From NCBI GenBank assembly GCA_030390025.1, contig CM059440.1:43586001-43650000 (forward strand): DNA of 64,000 nucleotides. The letters are read 5' to 3'. Position numbers and translations under genes: made by a program. Of the stretch, positions 38,366 through 52,100 are shown in pieces (the first letter of the stretch is position 1; the number at the start of each line of letters is the position of its first letter). The notes under the pieces were generated by a model. That model saw only the letters and a program-made list of their open reading frames with translations. It ran no database searches and was not told the DNA's origin. This stretch comes from Squalus acanthias. Taxonomy: Eukaryota.

Positions 38366-39660
38366 CTGTAATCAAAATATAAATCACATGTCGTCAGGCT
38401 AACCTTGCACTAAAGTGACATTTAACGTTAGTGGGGCACATCATTCTGCAGATGAACGCTATAAATACTATAAATTGAAATGGGATCTAACCAGAGGCTC
38501 TCTGAAGATAGATTTTGAGGTTTCTGACTAGAGGTGATAGGACTTTAGGCACTTAAACTGGATTGTTAGTACGACACATTCTCAGAAAGAGTGAATCATC
38601 TCCAGTTTGCGGACAGTCCAGTTGGGATTGAATGCAATTTGGGGAGGGGGGGAGGAGCGGGCAGGCAAGCCCGAGGTACCTCAGGACTATGATATCAGGA
38701 CTAGATTTTCATGAATTGGCTCTTTATGGCACCGATTCTCATCGGAGAGGATAGAACCAACCCGACCATTGAATATGCCTACCCTCATTAGGTAGGATTG
38801 CCTTCTGTTTCAACACCCCACTCACAGAGTGCGCCAATGGGGGATGTGTTGGAGGAGCCCCACATAAGGTTTCTCTCAGTAATATTGAGACGTTTATACT
38901 GTCTGTGATAACCGGCTGTCTCGGACTATCTGGACTGCAGTGAGGTGGTGTGCTGGTAGGTAACAGCATCAAAGACCTAAATATGATTTTTAAAACCAAA
39001 AAATTCACTTTATTTCCATCCCCGCCCCCACCAATTTTCTCTCCTCCCCATTGCTCCTGAAGCTATTGACTTCTGGCTGGAAGCTGGTTCCACAGACATC
39101 AGTCATCCTCTGGTACCGTGCCCAAGTAGCTGTTATTCATGTGTGAGCTGCAACAGAGTGTGCCAGCAGGCTATTCTACCCTGCAGGCATCACAGCCAAG
39201 CCCAACCTCATCTGTACGTGCAGTCTGCTCCCGCGAGGGTCCTGGAGAGCGATCAGCGAGAACGCTGGCTGGGTTGTCCCTCCTAATCCGGAGACGCCAA
39301 CTGCAGCGCCCGAACTGCTGCCCCAGAAATGAATATCAGCTCCCAATCAGAATCCCATGGAATATCATATATCTTAAGTCACGGCCGACTGTCCCACAGG
39401 ACCTTCACTGGAAGTTGTTGGACTGACGGGACCACCTTTGAAACAGCTTCCCCATGGCTGCGTGACCGGAACTGTTCAGACTTTGTTTCGCGATACCCAA
39501 CGGAAATGTCCTTCCTAATCCTACCTCCGAAATGTCAAAATATGAGTTATTTGGCCGAATATAATTCTGTCACATTCAGTCACTTTGGTCAGTCGGGTAA
39601 ACTGGTTTAGAAAAGCCCCCGATTCTCCAATGGTGGCAGTTATGGCTGGTCAACCATTAC

Positions 39661-39731
39661 CTTGCATTGGCAGTGCCCAGTGGCATCACATTGGTCTCCA
39701 GTGCTTCCACTCCGGTCACAAGTACAGCCAG
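39661..39731 (-). CDS. HSPG2: Perlecan exon (laminin EGF start): xGCTCDRSGSTGDQCDATGHCQCK
   Basis: 71 nt, phase 1-0, acceptor tgtgttgcag, donor gtaatg. LE pattern C-x-C-D-x2-GS-x4-C-x3-G-x-C-x-C-K. Confidence 0.95.
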
Positions 39732-40319
39732 CTGCAACACAGCAAACAATCAACTGAAACATCCTGGTTTCATTCATAAATCGATGAACATCAAAAAGAT
39801 TTTGAAAAAGGATTTTTTATTTTAATTTTAACAGACGGCTTGAGATCCGTCATGGTGGGTGGCTCAGTGGACGAGAGTTGCTCTTGCTGATGTAGAGTGC
39901 GGACCCATTGCTGGGCCAGGCTCACTGTGTTGGGCACGGTGAGCTCCGCAGCCTTGGCTGCCAATCCCAGAGTTCCAGTAACGTTTGGGAAGAGTTCCGT
40001 ACTGACCAGGAATCTGGTTGGCTCACTTCAAACGGAATGTATGCATTGGCGAAGGTGCAGAGATGGGCAACGCAATTGATCCCGAGTTTAAAACGGAGAA
40101 ACTACGAGGACACGTGGGAGAAGCTGAATCTCTGCACTCCAGAGAAAAGGTGGCAAATCACTTCAAGGCGAGGCAAGAATAGTGAAAAATAGAGTTTAAA
40201 ATCGATGTTAATAAAAGGTTGTTTTCTCAGAGTAATAATCCACCAGGTAAAGCTGCTGTACTCTAATACATTAGAAGGAAAGTTTAAGATGTAATTGGTC
40301 TCGAGGCCAATTAGGGTGT

Positions 40320-40763
40320 TGGCCTTGGCTCAGTGCTGGCACTCTCGCCTCGGGGTCAGAGGTCGGAGGTTCAAGTCCCACGTCGCATAACCTTGGCTGA
40401 CGCTTCAGTGCAGTGCTGAGGGAGTGCTGCACTCTCGGAGGTGCCGTGTTTTGGATGAGACGTTAAACCGGGGCCCCGTCTATTCCTCTCAGGTGGACGT
40501 AAAAGATCCCAAGGAACTATTCGAAGAAGAGCAGGAGAGTTCTCCCCAGTGTCCTGGCCAATATTTATCCCTTAACCAATATCACTAAAACAGATTATCT
40601 GGTCATTATCTAATACCTGCTTGTGGGAGCTTGCTGTGCACAAATTGGGTGCCTTATTTCTCTACATTACAACAGTGACTACACTTCAAAAGTACTTCAT
40701 TGGCTGTAAAGTGCTTTGGGACATCCTGAGATTATGAAAGGCGCTATAGAAATGCAAGTTCTG
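40320..40763 (+). mobile_element. Full-length tRNA-derived DeuSINE (SacSINE1-like) with an L2-type tail
   Basis: A box TGGCTCAGTG, B box GGTTCAAGTCC, central TGCAGTGCTGAGGGAGTGCTGCACT...GGATGAGACGTTAAACCG, tail AAAGGCGCTATAGAAATGCAAG. Confidence 0.82.
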
Positions 40764-40764
40764 G

Positions 40765-42255
40765 TCTATGCCGGCGTTATACTCATGAACCTCCTCCCAC
40801 TTTAATTACCTCTTCCCACCCTGCCCCATCTCTCTATTCCCTTCTCCCTCGTGTATGCATCGAGCCTCCCTTAAATGCATCAGTGCTCTCTGCTTCAACC
40901 ACTCCCTGTGGCAGTGAGTTCTACATTTTCACCGCTCTCCCTGTAAAGACATTCTTTATTTAATCTGTTAGTGGCTATCTTATATTGTTCCCCCTTGTTC
41001 TGGACTTACCCATAAGTGGAAACAGTTTCTCTAAATCCACCCTATCAAACCCCTTCATCATTTTAAAGAGCTCTATCAGGTTTCCTCTTAGTCTTCTCTT
41101 TTCCAGAGAAAAGAGCCCCAGCCTGCTCAATCCTTCCTGATAGTTGCATCCTCTCGATTCCGGTAGAAACATACAAACAGGAGGAGGCCATTCAGCCCCT
41201 CGAGCTATTCAGTTAGATCATGGCTGATCTGTACCTCAACTTCATTTACCCACTTTAGCTCCATATCCCTCAATACCCTTGCCTAACAGAAAAGATTTAG
41301 ATGGTAGCATCCTTGTAAATCTTTTCTGCACTTTCTCCAGTGCTTCTATATCCTCTCTGTAGTATAGAGACCAGAACTGCGTACAGTTCTCCAAGTGTGG
41401 TCTAACCAAGGTTTTATATACATTTAACAATACCTCCCTGCTTTTGTATTCCATTCCTCTAGAAATGAATCCCAGTATTTTTCACTCTTCATGACCCTTG
41501 TCACCTTGTGTCTTATTTAGTGATTTATGTATCTATATTCCTGGATCTCTTTACTCCACGACCACATTTAGTTTCTTACCTTCCAAGGAATAAATGGCCT
41601 CCTTATTCCTCCTACCTAAACAAACTACCCAACACTTTGCCAATATGAATTTCATTTGCCATTGATCGCCCACTCTGACAGCTTGTTTCTGTTTTCCCCT
41701 ATTTTGGTGCAATCCCCCACATTATTAGCGATACCCCCAATTTGGTATTATCTTCAAATTTTGACACCATACCTCCAATTCGAGTCCAGATCATTTATGT
41801 ATACGGTGAGAAACAGTGGTCCCAGCACCGATCCCTGTGGGGCACCACTTCCCATTTTCTGCCAGTCCAAGAAACTTGCTTTAACTCTACCTTACTGCTC
41901 GGTGTTGCAGCCATCTTTCAATCTATTGTTACCTGACCCCTGACCTCACATGCTCTGATCTCTGTCATGAGTCTCTTATGTGGCACCTTATCGAAGGCCT
42001 TCTGAAAGTCCATGTGTACCACATCCACTGCATTATCCCTGTCTACTCAGTCTGTTACTTCTTCAAAGAATTCAATAAGGTTGGTTAAACATGACCTTCC
42101 TTTTGTAAATCCATGCTGACTATTTTTATTATATTCTCTGTCTCTAGGTGTTTTGTTCTCTGATCTTTTTCCCAGCACTGATGTTAAGCTAACTGGTCTA
42201 TAGTTTCTTGGATAAGTTCCCATCTCCCTTTGTGAAAATAGGAATTACATTCGCT
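40765..42255 (-). mobile_element. Decayed CR1 LINE RT/3' fragment, interrupted by a CR1 tail at ~41168-41300
   Basis: EYKSREVLLNVYKTLVRPHLE and LFSLEKRRLRG; reverse complement of the PQGSVLGP region at ~41820. Confidence 0.85.
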
Positions 42256-42478
42256 GAAATAACAACAGAAAACGCTGCAAAAACTCAGCAGGCCAGGCAG
42301 CATCCGTGGAGAGAGAAACAGAGTTAACGTTTCAGGTCGAAGACCCTTTGTCAGAATGCTTCGTCTTCGACCTGAAACGTTAACTATGTTTCTCTCTCCA
42401 CGGATGCTGCCTGGCCTGGAGTTTTTCCAGCGTTTTCTGTTGTTATTTCGGATTTCCAGCATCCGCAGTATTTTGCTA
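42256..42478. mobile_element. Inverted pair of Penelope terminal fragments inserted in a CR1
   Basis: Arms ~42256-42345 and ~42363-42450 are near-perfect inverted repeats of the GACCTGAAACGTTAAC...GATGCTGCCTG sequence. Confidence 0.78.
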
Positions 42479-42509
42479 TCGAATTACATTAGCTGCCCGC
42501 TCGTTATCG

Positions 42510-42652
42510 AATGATACAGCACAGGAGGCCATTCGGCCCATTACGCCTGTGCTGGCTCTTTGGTAGAGCTATCCAATTAATCTCACTGCCCTGATCTTTC
42601 CCCATAGCCCTGTAAACTTTTCCCCTTCAGGTATTTATCCAATTCTCTTTTG
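42510..42652 (-). mobile_element. CR1 3' tail fragment
   Basis: Reverse complement of GATGGGCCGAATGGCCTCC..TGTGCTGTA. Confidence 0.75.
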
Positions 42653-43499
42653 AATAATCCTCTGCGACTATTAATTTTTCTACTGAATTTTGATACATGG
42701 ATACCAGTGCCTCTGCTCTCTCCTCTTCAAGTTCTTTTGAGTATCAATGGGTCCATCAATCCATCTGGATCTGTCATGTGGTCCTCAAGTTTCATTTCAT
42801 TTCAGCTGCTAGAGAAGGTGGAATTAAAAGTAGTAGTAATGACCACCATTAGGTTTTGAGACTTACTAGTGCAACGCTGTCCATATATGGGATTCCCAGA
42901 GTAACCTGGAGCACACCTGTAACAAGTATTACAAACAGAGATTAGAAATGGCTCTTCAAACAGGACCCAAAAGTGTTTGCATATGAACCTTTTTTGAGCC
43001 CACTGACTAGGGTCAGTTTATAGTGGAATTTAATTCTGATTCATTGTCTGCAGGGTGACTATTCTTTACCCTCAGTTACGTTAACACCTCAGTAGCAGTG
43101 GATCAAGACATGATTCAGCCTCCATTCGCCAGTAAAATGATTATGAATCAATGGAAAGGCAGCTGAAAAAGAACCCACCTTCTGGCAAATCTTTACAACG
43201 CTGCGTCCAAAGAAGTGACACAAATTTGCGTTCCCGGAATGAGAAATCGTGACTGTGGTAAAAGCCAAGTCCTCGGACACAAAAGGTGAACTGCCCCTGC
43301 AGGTGCCTCCCTCCTGCCTGAATCCCTCCTGATGAAATTGGTCTTTAGGAGATTCACCAACGCTATTGTCCAGCTGTGCAAAAGTTACTTCCTAAAAAAT
43401 TCCAGATGGGTTTTGAACGTGCTGTGGTAAGTACAGATGTAAGTACAGGTGTACCCCAGTTAGAGGGTGCAACCATTGCACACACAGAGCTGTGACTAT

Positions 43500-43953
43500 G
43501 CAGCTTCAATTACGTGGAGAGACTGGAGAAGCTGGGATTGTTCTCCTTAGAGAAGGTTATGGGGAGATTTAATAGAGGTGTTCAAAATCATGAACGGCTT
43601 TGATAGAGTAGCTAGGGAGAAACTGTTTCCACTGGCAGGTGGGTCAATAACCAGAGGACACAGATTTAAGATAATTGGCAAAAGAACCGGGGTGGGGGGG
43701 TGGGGGGGGGGGATGAGGAGAATTTTTTTTAATGCAGTGAGTTGTTATGATCTGGAATGTGCTGTCTGAAAGGGGGCTGGAAGTAGATTCAATAATAACT
43801 TTAAAAAGCGAATTGGATAAATACTTGAAAAGTAAAAATGTGAAAGGGCGATGGGGAAAGAGCAGGGAGTGGGACTAACTGGAGAGCTCTTTGAGAGAGC
43901 TGGCACAGGCACGATGGGCCAAATGGCCTCCTTCTGTGCTGTGTGGTTCTATG
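43500..43953 (+). mobile_element. CR1 LINE 3' fragment
   Basis: FKIMNGFDRVAREKLFPLAGGSITRGHRFK plus tail. Confidence 0.88.
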
Positions 43954-45746
43954 TACCGTAATATAAATTTGCGTTAGTGGGGAGACTTGTTCCTTGTTGG
44001 CATTATAAGAGCGGACAGGCTGAGTTTTATTGATCAATTACAAAAGGCACAGTTACCAATTCGTTGTGACAGATCATAACCTACAATTTACTTCAGATGG
44101 TTCTTGGCAGATAGCAAGACAGTGGGAGAAATCCAACCCTTCCGCACAAACTCAATGAGAACTCATCGACTCCGGTTAGGCCTCCAATAAAATACTGAGC
44201 AGGTTTAAAAATATTACTTGTTATTGGTTTCACACAGTAACAAACAGACAGAAAACGGTCATTTTAATTGGACAAAGACATTACGAACAACTGATGTAAA
44301 AACAAACAAAAACACACACAGAAGAGCTAAGGGCAGCGTCAGCGAACCTGCACCAACACCGACACCAGGCAACAGTGGCAAAGGCACAGAGAAATCAGGG
44401 CAGCAAATCAGATGGCTGCTTATTATGAGAAGCAAAAACCACAGTGGCGGAGCAAGTTAAATAGCAGGTCGGAATTTCCGCTGACTGTAGGACACCAAGG
44501 CCAGCAGAGATTGAGAATAGCAAGCTGATAAGATTACTGTTCTGACCATAAACCCTCGTTAATGGTCTCTTCCTTCAAATATTTATTGTACGCCATTTTT
44601 AATGTCACCCAAATATGCCCAAAAACATTTCACATGAAAATGTCAAAGGCCACGGTGGCTCAGTCTGAGCTTCCCATACCAGCGCAGTGCCAATAGGAAG
44701 CTCTTCCAAAAGCCCCCGGAGTTCAGAGACCAGGATCGCCCCCTGTAATCAGCCGCAACACTAGCCCTTTCTTGTAATAACACCAACAGATTCATCTTTA
44801 TCCTGCAACACTTGAAGACGAACCTTTTCACTAAAATACTTCACTGAAGAACAAATCTCTAAGAGATTGGCTTCACGCCTCAAGCACCGTCTACCCTGCC
44901 ATCGTTTCACTGTGATAACTCACGTTACAACCAAATCATAATGTGTTATTTCTAGTTGATATTTCAGCACGGGACAATTTAATTTTTTTCTCTCATTCCA
45001 AGTGTAAGTACTGTGCAGATCGATGATGCTCAGCAACTTCTCATTAACGGTCACACAGGAACTTAACCCGTGGTAGAAATCCAGATGTTTATGAAGTGTT
45101 AAAGACCCAAACCAAAGAGTGCTACATTCCACATCTGGGATCTGGTCCTCGCCCCAAGACACGACAGCATATGAATCAGCTTTTGAAAGAGTCCCTGTTG
45201 TGCGGTACAGGAGGCCTGCAGTAGCACAATATTTTGTTGTTTTATTAACCCCTCTCGTTTTAAACTTTTCCTCTACAAAATATTTGATTTGGGATTTTCG
45301 CTGCAGTTTCACATCGGTAGGGCCTTCCTTGGTGTTTACTTCAAAAAACATCTAATAATGGGATGGCAGGGACTGTCGTATGAGAAAAGATTGAGTAAAC
45401 TCGGCCTGTATTCTCTTGAATTCAATAGAATGAGAGGGGATCTCATTGAAGCATACAAAATTATTACAGGGTGGATGCTGGGAGAATGTTTCCCTGATCC
45501 CCTGCAGCGCCCCTCGCTATCAGGCTGCTGAGCGGAAAAGCCACATGGCTGCAGGATGGCCCAGACAAGGCGGGCTGCTGATAAAGGAGTCGTGGAAAAA
45601 GAAATGCTCAGGTACTGAGAGTTTACAAACTGGCCCTTCTCAGCATTGCTGGAAACCATGTGGTTTTAAACCGGAGACTGAATTTTTAAAAATTAGTCTC
45701 TATCGCATCAAAGCAACTTCAACTGGCTTTAATATGTCCTGTAGTG

Positions 45747-45941
45747 CAGCGTTTCCCAACCTGTGGTCCGCGGACCACTGGTGGTCCGCGAGGGTACTGC
45801 AGGTGGTCCGTGAAAAAAAATATATAAGTTTGACTCCCGTCAGCCATAGGCTGTTAAAAAAATTTTAAACGGCTGGTGGTCCGCAGAAGCAATTTTTAAA
45901 CAGCTGGTGGTCCGCATGAAGGAAAAGGTTGGGAACTGCTG
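45747..45941. mobile_element. Non-autonomous hAT (Charlie-like) MITE with an 8-bp TSD
   Basis: TIRs CAGCGTTTCCCAACCT / AGGTTGGGAACTGCTG. Exact TSD CTGTAGTG at 45739-45746 and 45942-45949. Internal GGTCCGC repeats. Confidence 0.9.
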
Positions 45942-46064
45942 CTGTAGTGTAACAACATTATTTGTTCTGCAGTTGGAAACATCCAAGGGTTGTGCCACAG
46001 TCAGCAGCATGATGGGATAAATGCTCCTCGATCAGGGGGCAGCTGAGAATCCACTCAAGTGTCA

Positions 46065-46465
46065 GCCGGGGCTCAGTGGCTGCACTTTCACCCGAGAGTC
46101 AGAAGGTTGTGGGTTCAAGTCCCACTCCAAGACTTCAAGATATAATCTAGGCTGGCACTTCAGTGCAGTATTATCAGAGGGGACGTCTTTCAACGAGATG
46201 TTGAACCGAGGCCCTGTTCAAGTGGACACAAAAGCACTCTGACGAGGAGCTGGGGAGTTTTCCAGGGGTCCTGGCCAATATTTACCTCTCAACCAACATC
46301 ACCAAAACTGATTAACAAGTCATTTTTCTCGCTGCTGTCTGTGTCTAGGTGCAGATTATGACCAACCAGCCATTCAAGTAACACCAACCCTTGCTCACAT
46401 AACAGTGACTGTATTTCAGAAGTAATTCATTGGCTGTGACACACTCTGGGGCGTCCTGAGGCTGT
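46065..46465 (+). mobile_element. Decayed DeuSINE copy
   Basis: Similar to 40320-40763, with B box GGTTCAAGTCC. Confidence 0.75.
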
Positions 46466-49400
46466 GAACCTCACTAGTAAACTGCAAGCTTGTTCTATGA
46501 TTTCATCCCCTGGGAATTATCCAGACAGCCTCAATCGTGTTCACTGGGCTCATAAAAAAAACCCAGAGCAAGTGTGCAAGACCATAAAACAAGATGAGCA
46601 GCACAGCTCTGAGCAAACTGTGCTGGTCACATCACTCAAATATACAGTCATTAACCGTGTGCTGGGGCAGGTTACACAGAGTTTGGAAACAGCCCCAGAG
46701 CCCTTGCTACATTCAATTTGAGTTGACTAGAAGAATCCTAGCGAAGCATCTTACTGGCCCACTGCTGGCGTCTACAAGAGATCACCGACACTAGAATGTC
46801 GGAGCTCTGTGGCAGAAGCCGGAGGTATGAATTGTACGAATACTTGCTTTCTTAATGCCCATTCTCTCAGCTAACTGAATTGCCAGGACTAATTTACAAA
46901 TGAAAGTATTTTGAAAGAAAACTAGTCCAATATGCACATAACGTAGCAAATATTGGACCCGGTCCAAGACGTAAGAATCAAAACAAGGGAGACAAAACAA
47001 AGATACGCTACAGAAAAAGTCATTACAAAGGCTAAGGAATGTGCCTTTCTCGCAGCTTTTGCTTAACTACAATGCTTGCGCTTATTTTGACAATATGAAC
47101 GCACACACACACACAGACACTTAAAGCATTGTTCACATATAAAGCCACCTGCACCCAAAAGTAATGGGAATAGCTTGAAGTCCAACTAACCCAGCACAGC
47201 ACCTCTCCCCAGAAGGATGTGAAAAGGATTGTGGAAACAAATCTACAAGCGCAGCCACTGCCCTGTGTATCAGGGGAATCTTACCTTGGAAGTTTGTGGC
47301 CTACCATCGCCATCTCTGTATGGCCAACCAGAACAATTCTTGCACCAAACCAAAGGCCTGAACCTATAAACACTTTACTACATCAATTGTGTTAAACACC
47401 CAAAACAGTCAGGCCTTAAATGAGGTAAAATATTAGAAGCACTCATGCTACACTTATCAAAATAATAATACTTTAACAAACTATTTCTCCGACGGAAAGA
47501 TCTGTGATTATTCAACGGCATATATGATTAACTAGGCAGCGATTATAACCAGTCATTCATCGCTTGCTGATGATCAGGTTCAAGCAATTGATGGATAATC
47601 ATCACCTGACAGCTTCCAACTTACCACATAAGAAAATAGTGACTAGAGAATAGCGAGAATGTCCAAGCATATTGTATTCCGAGCACCTTAAAGCGTCAAC
47701 TGACAGCTGAGATTGTTTGACTGAGAGGTGCTCACACGACCACTGCTCCCCTGTAGTTACAGGAGAAAATGATTATGAAAACGGATGCACTGATTTTGAG
47801 GCAACGTCTGTGGACATGAACATCGCATATTTCGACACTGGGCCCAGAACTTCCTGCGAATTTGCATGCAAACACAGTTGCCTATTTGAGGCTCCCACCC
47901 TGAAACCAGGCTTCACACTGTCCAATACAAAGTGGGTGAAAGCTGAAAGTCACATGCAGTACCTGACCTGTCAGTCTCCACTGCTGTACATGGGTACGGG
48001 TGATCAGGCTGGGCATATTCTGCTATTGAGGGCAAGACAAGCTGTGCTGGCAATGGAGGAGCGACTGTCTGTCCAGCATCTCACGGATACAGCAGCTTAA
48101 AGACGAGTCCAGAGATACAGGGCTGTGGTGGGGGCAGGGAAGAGAGCAGGGCAGTGGGATTAGTTTTGGATAGCTCCAGCAACAAGCCAGTAACACGATG
48201 GGCTGAGTGGCCTTTTTCTGTGCTGTAATTGTCTATGGGTCAGGTTAATGGCTGTGTGTATGTATATTGTGCGACACAGAAATCATTTGCTTTAACATTA
48301 CATTCTGCGAAGCCTTAATCTTCAAGACTTGGCCTTACTCTTCCCTTTCCTGGATTCACCAACACTTGAACACACGGAGATGCTGGTCTGAATTGGAGAT
48401 GATCAAGAGTGAGCTGTTTGATTCGCTTCCAAAGAGAATTTTATTTGTATTCTCGGGAATAATCCCGATATTGAAAACATCTCAGTCTAAGTTCCGACTG
48501 CATTGTCGGGCAGTAGGCACACAATTGTGTAGCTTGCTCTGTGAAGAAGTCAAGGTGTCGTACTTCACCTGTTCAATGCAAATGTCTTCACACCCAATCA
48601 TCTCATCCTGTAACTTTATATAACAGAATGTCACTCAATCGTCTGGACGGATACAGGATGTCAAAGAATAAAATAGTCACCGTGACCCAATGAGATGCTG
48701 GCTCGACAGCTGCAAGAGCCCAGTAATATGACAGCACATTGGGCTTCTTTAACAAAGCAGGCTGACCCCAGCAAACCTGCCAAACTGGTCAGGAGTGACA
48801 ATCAGCCTTTTCGGTTAAAGTTGTAGCCTATTTTGTTGCGTCACACTTCAAAAAATAAACACGACCTCTGTATGACACTTGATAACCAGAAATGCCACCA
48901 GTGCTCCCCTGGTGTTGGCAGCGTTGTTTGGACACCCTGACTGAACCATTAATGGTCGACTTCCTAATCCAGGAAGTAAGGGAATATTTTCTCAGTGTTG
49001 TAACAAAATTATTACAAATAAATAAAATCAAATTAGATTTCTTTCTAGTAAGAAAATTCGGAGTAATTTGAGACAGGGCATGTGGTAAGTGGGAGGAACA
49101 GGTGACTTTAGACCGATGGTTCCCAAAGCTCTCCACCACTGGGGGTTTACCTTGACTCATGTCTGGGTCTGTTGTAGACTCATTGATCGAGATTGATCGC
49201 TGCGATTGGCCAACAACTCCATTATTCTTGTATCATGTGACTACCAGGATGGTAGAAAGTGAACTAGAGGGACCGCGGTCTTTTCTCGTCTAGCAATTCC
49301 TGCGTTCTTATATTTCCCCCATATGCCTAAAAGTTGCAAGATATTGAGCAGGAGCATCCAAACTGGGCCATGTGAACCTCAAACTTCGGCAATCTAGATC

Positions 49401-50754
49401 CTGAAGCCAAGATTGATTTGCTGGTTTGCCCTGTTTCAGTTTTGTGGACCTGGAGGTTTAGTAAAAGGGCTGTTTTAGTGCTATTGATCAATGGTGGCTA
49501 AATCCTAAATCAGGACACCAAGATCGGTTAGTACCAGCAACGCAAGACATACACAAATTGATGGGACATGGGTTTAAATGTCAGGTGTGGCCCACAAGGC
49601 TCCATGATATGCATCCCAGAGGCAAAAAAGAGGTGTGGGCACTCCTGAAATAGTCCGTAATAACGTTAAGCTCCATTCTCAGTGTGGAGCCACTCTAGAT
49701 AGGAACACTGCTCAGAGACAGGGCTCTGACACTACAAGGCCAATTCTGTACTCCATCCTCCAGCCAAGTGAAGCTCAGCGCTGGAAGTGCTTGTACCTCG
49801 GAGCAAGGTGTTTAAAAATAGCTCAGCTCGCAACGCGTGGTAATTGTAGAGTAAAACCATGTATATGTCGGAATGATGATGCTTAGCAGGAGAGAAATCA
49901 CAGAACAGTGAAACAATCCTGAACACAGCAGGTTGTGAAAATGGTGATTGATATCATTATTGAATCTTTATATCATAAAAGGAAAAGCACAGAATTGTTT
50001 TTTTTTCCAAAGACTTAACACTTTAAAATGTCAATGTAAACGCGATATAGAAATATTACTTAAATAGAAGTTACGAGCTCAACGTGATTTAAAAATACAA
50101 CTGGTTCTTTTTTTAAGTTTTGTAATAACTGTCCAGAAGGTGCAATACCTGAAAAGAAACCAGAACATGTAGCACCAAAACTAGAACAGAGGTCAGTTAT
50201 TTTCAGTCCGTTAATAGACAGGAGCGGTTATTCTTTGCTGCTCATCCAGCCTTTTAGGGAAATTCCATTGCCCCGAAATGTTAATCTCACATAATCTCTG
50301 CTCTCCACGGCAAATGGTCAATGGTGATTTAGACTTGTTGATAGTTGACATAAGCAGAGCCAAGTATGTTGCAAAAAACTGCCAAGAACCCAGTTTTTGT
50401 TGGTATCTTAACCAGATGACTTAACCTAATATTTCAAGTCAGTTGCCTGTTTGCAACTTATTTTGACTCTATCCTTCAATAGGCCTCAACTGCTACCGAC
50501 AGAGAGATCACTCCTACCCAGATTGATGGTTTTGGTTCAGTTCGTCAACTTTACATCTTGTTGCTCTAGTTCAGCAATGTGTGCATGCACTGTGTTCATT
50601 AACTTTCAGCGCGGCCACCGATGGGATTCCGCCCTCCAAGGAAGTGCACAAGATTGATTCCCTTCTGACAGTTTGCTTTGTCTCTGCTATCACTTTTTAA
50701 TGCCCTACTTGGAATGGGAACTCTGTTTGGGGGGATGGGGCGGTGAATACTTAC

Positions 50755-50778
50755 CAATAGCAGTGACCACGAGACTTC
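50755..50778 (-). CDS. HSPG2: Candidate 24-nt perlecan linker microexon, phase 1-1: xSLVVTAI
   Basis: Acceptor ttttttgtgacaaagcag, consensus donor G/gtaagt. Frame is compatible with the 39731 exon. Confidence 0.38.
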
Positions 50779-51069
50779 CTGCTTTGTCACAAAAAAGCAC
50801 ATGATTGAAATTTGTGACCGAGTTATTTAACTTTGAATTTATTGGTAAAACTGTGGTCAGATGCTCTTCCCCACCCCTCTGCATATAAAAGACCTCACTT
50901 GAAGAAACATCTTAATTTTTTAATCAAAGACAAAACAGGAATGAGAGAAATCATAAATGACATTAAACGAGCACCAGGCCAGATAAAGAACCAAGAGGCA
51001 CAGAGAAAGAGAGCTAGCGAGTTCCTTACAGCGAGGTTGAAGTACATTCAAACAACAAGAAATACAGCG

Positions 51070-52100
51070 ATGACATCTACCAGACAATGTGGAAGATTGG
51101 CCGGGTATGTCCTGTCTGCTAAAAGCACAACAAATCGAAGCCAGACAATTATCGCTCCATCAGCCTCCTCCTATTAATCAGATAAGTGATGGAAGGAGTA
51201 ATCAACAGCGTCATCAAATAACATCTTCTCACTGATAATCTGCACACCAACACTCAGTTCCAGTTCCGCTAGATCCACTTGGTTCCAGACCTCATCACAT
51301 TCTTGATCCAGACATGGCCACAAGGGCTGAATGCCAGAATAGAGGCAACAAGAAGCCCTAGAAAAAACTGGTCAATGGGGGTCGAAGGGAAAACTCTTCA
51401 GTGGCTGCAGTCATACCTGACACAAAGGAAGATGGTCGTGGTTGTTGGGGGCCAACCATCGCAGGCGTTCCTCAGGGAAGCATCCTTGGCCCAACCATCT
51501 TCAGCTGCCGAATCAATGACCTTCCCTCTATTATAAGGTCTGGTACACTGACGATTCCACAGTGTTCATCTACAGCCACAACTCCTGCAATATTGAAGCA
51601 GCCCATTCCAGCAGGACCTGCGATAACATCAAGGCTTGGGCTGACAAGTGGCTTGTTACAAGCTTGCCACCTAGTGACAGATAATGACCATCCTAAACAA
51701 GAGACAGCTCAGCCGTCACCACTTCCTGACCTTCAATGGCGCCACCACTGTTAATTGCTCCACCAACATCTTGGGGATCACCAGTAACCAGAGCTCAACT
51801 GGATCAGCTACATCAACAGGGTAGCTACAAAAGCAAGGCAGAGGCTAATTACTCTGAACACGTGTCTCACCTCCTGTCTCCTCAAAGCCTTTTCACCATC
51901 GACAAGGCTCAAGTTAGGAGTGTAATGGAATACTCTCTACTTGCCTGGACAGGTGGGCCTGCAACAACACTCAAGAAGCTCGACACCACCCAGGACAGAG
52001 CAGTTTGCTTGACCGTTGTCCCTTTCACAGGACTCAATGTCCACGACTGGTGCACTGTGACTACAGTACACAAGATAGACAGGATGCACTGCAGTAAATA
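51070..52100 (+). mobile_element. Highly decayed LINE RT fragment, same family as 8700-9463
   Basis: AGVPQGSILGPTIFSCRINDLP, KAQVRSVMEYS and TLKKLDTTQDRA. Confidence 0.8.

Noticed and set aside
44259-44347. Hydrophobic minus-strand peptide after an acceptor (SLTLPLALLCVFLFVF...*), possible membrane anchor exon
   Set aside because: T/G-rich intron sequence readily translates as hydrophobic, and there is no independent support.
47285-47315. 31-nt segment with good splice sites (catacag/...AAG/gtaaga)
   Set aside because: Not frame-preserving and no recognisable peptide.
50140-50165. Strong minus-strand acceptor directly followed by GT (ttcttttcag/GTATTG), possible recursive splice site
   Set aside because: The reconstituted donor is weak and cannot be assessed without nascent RNA data.
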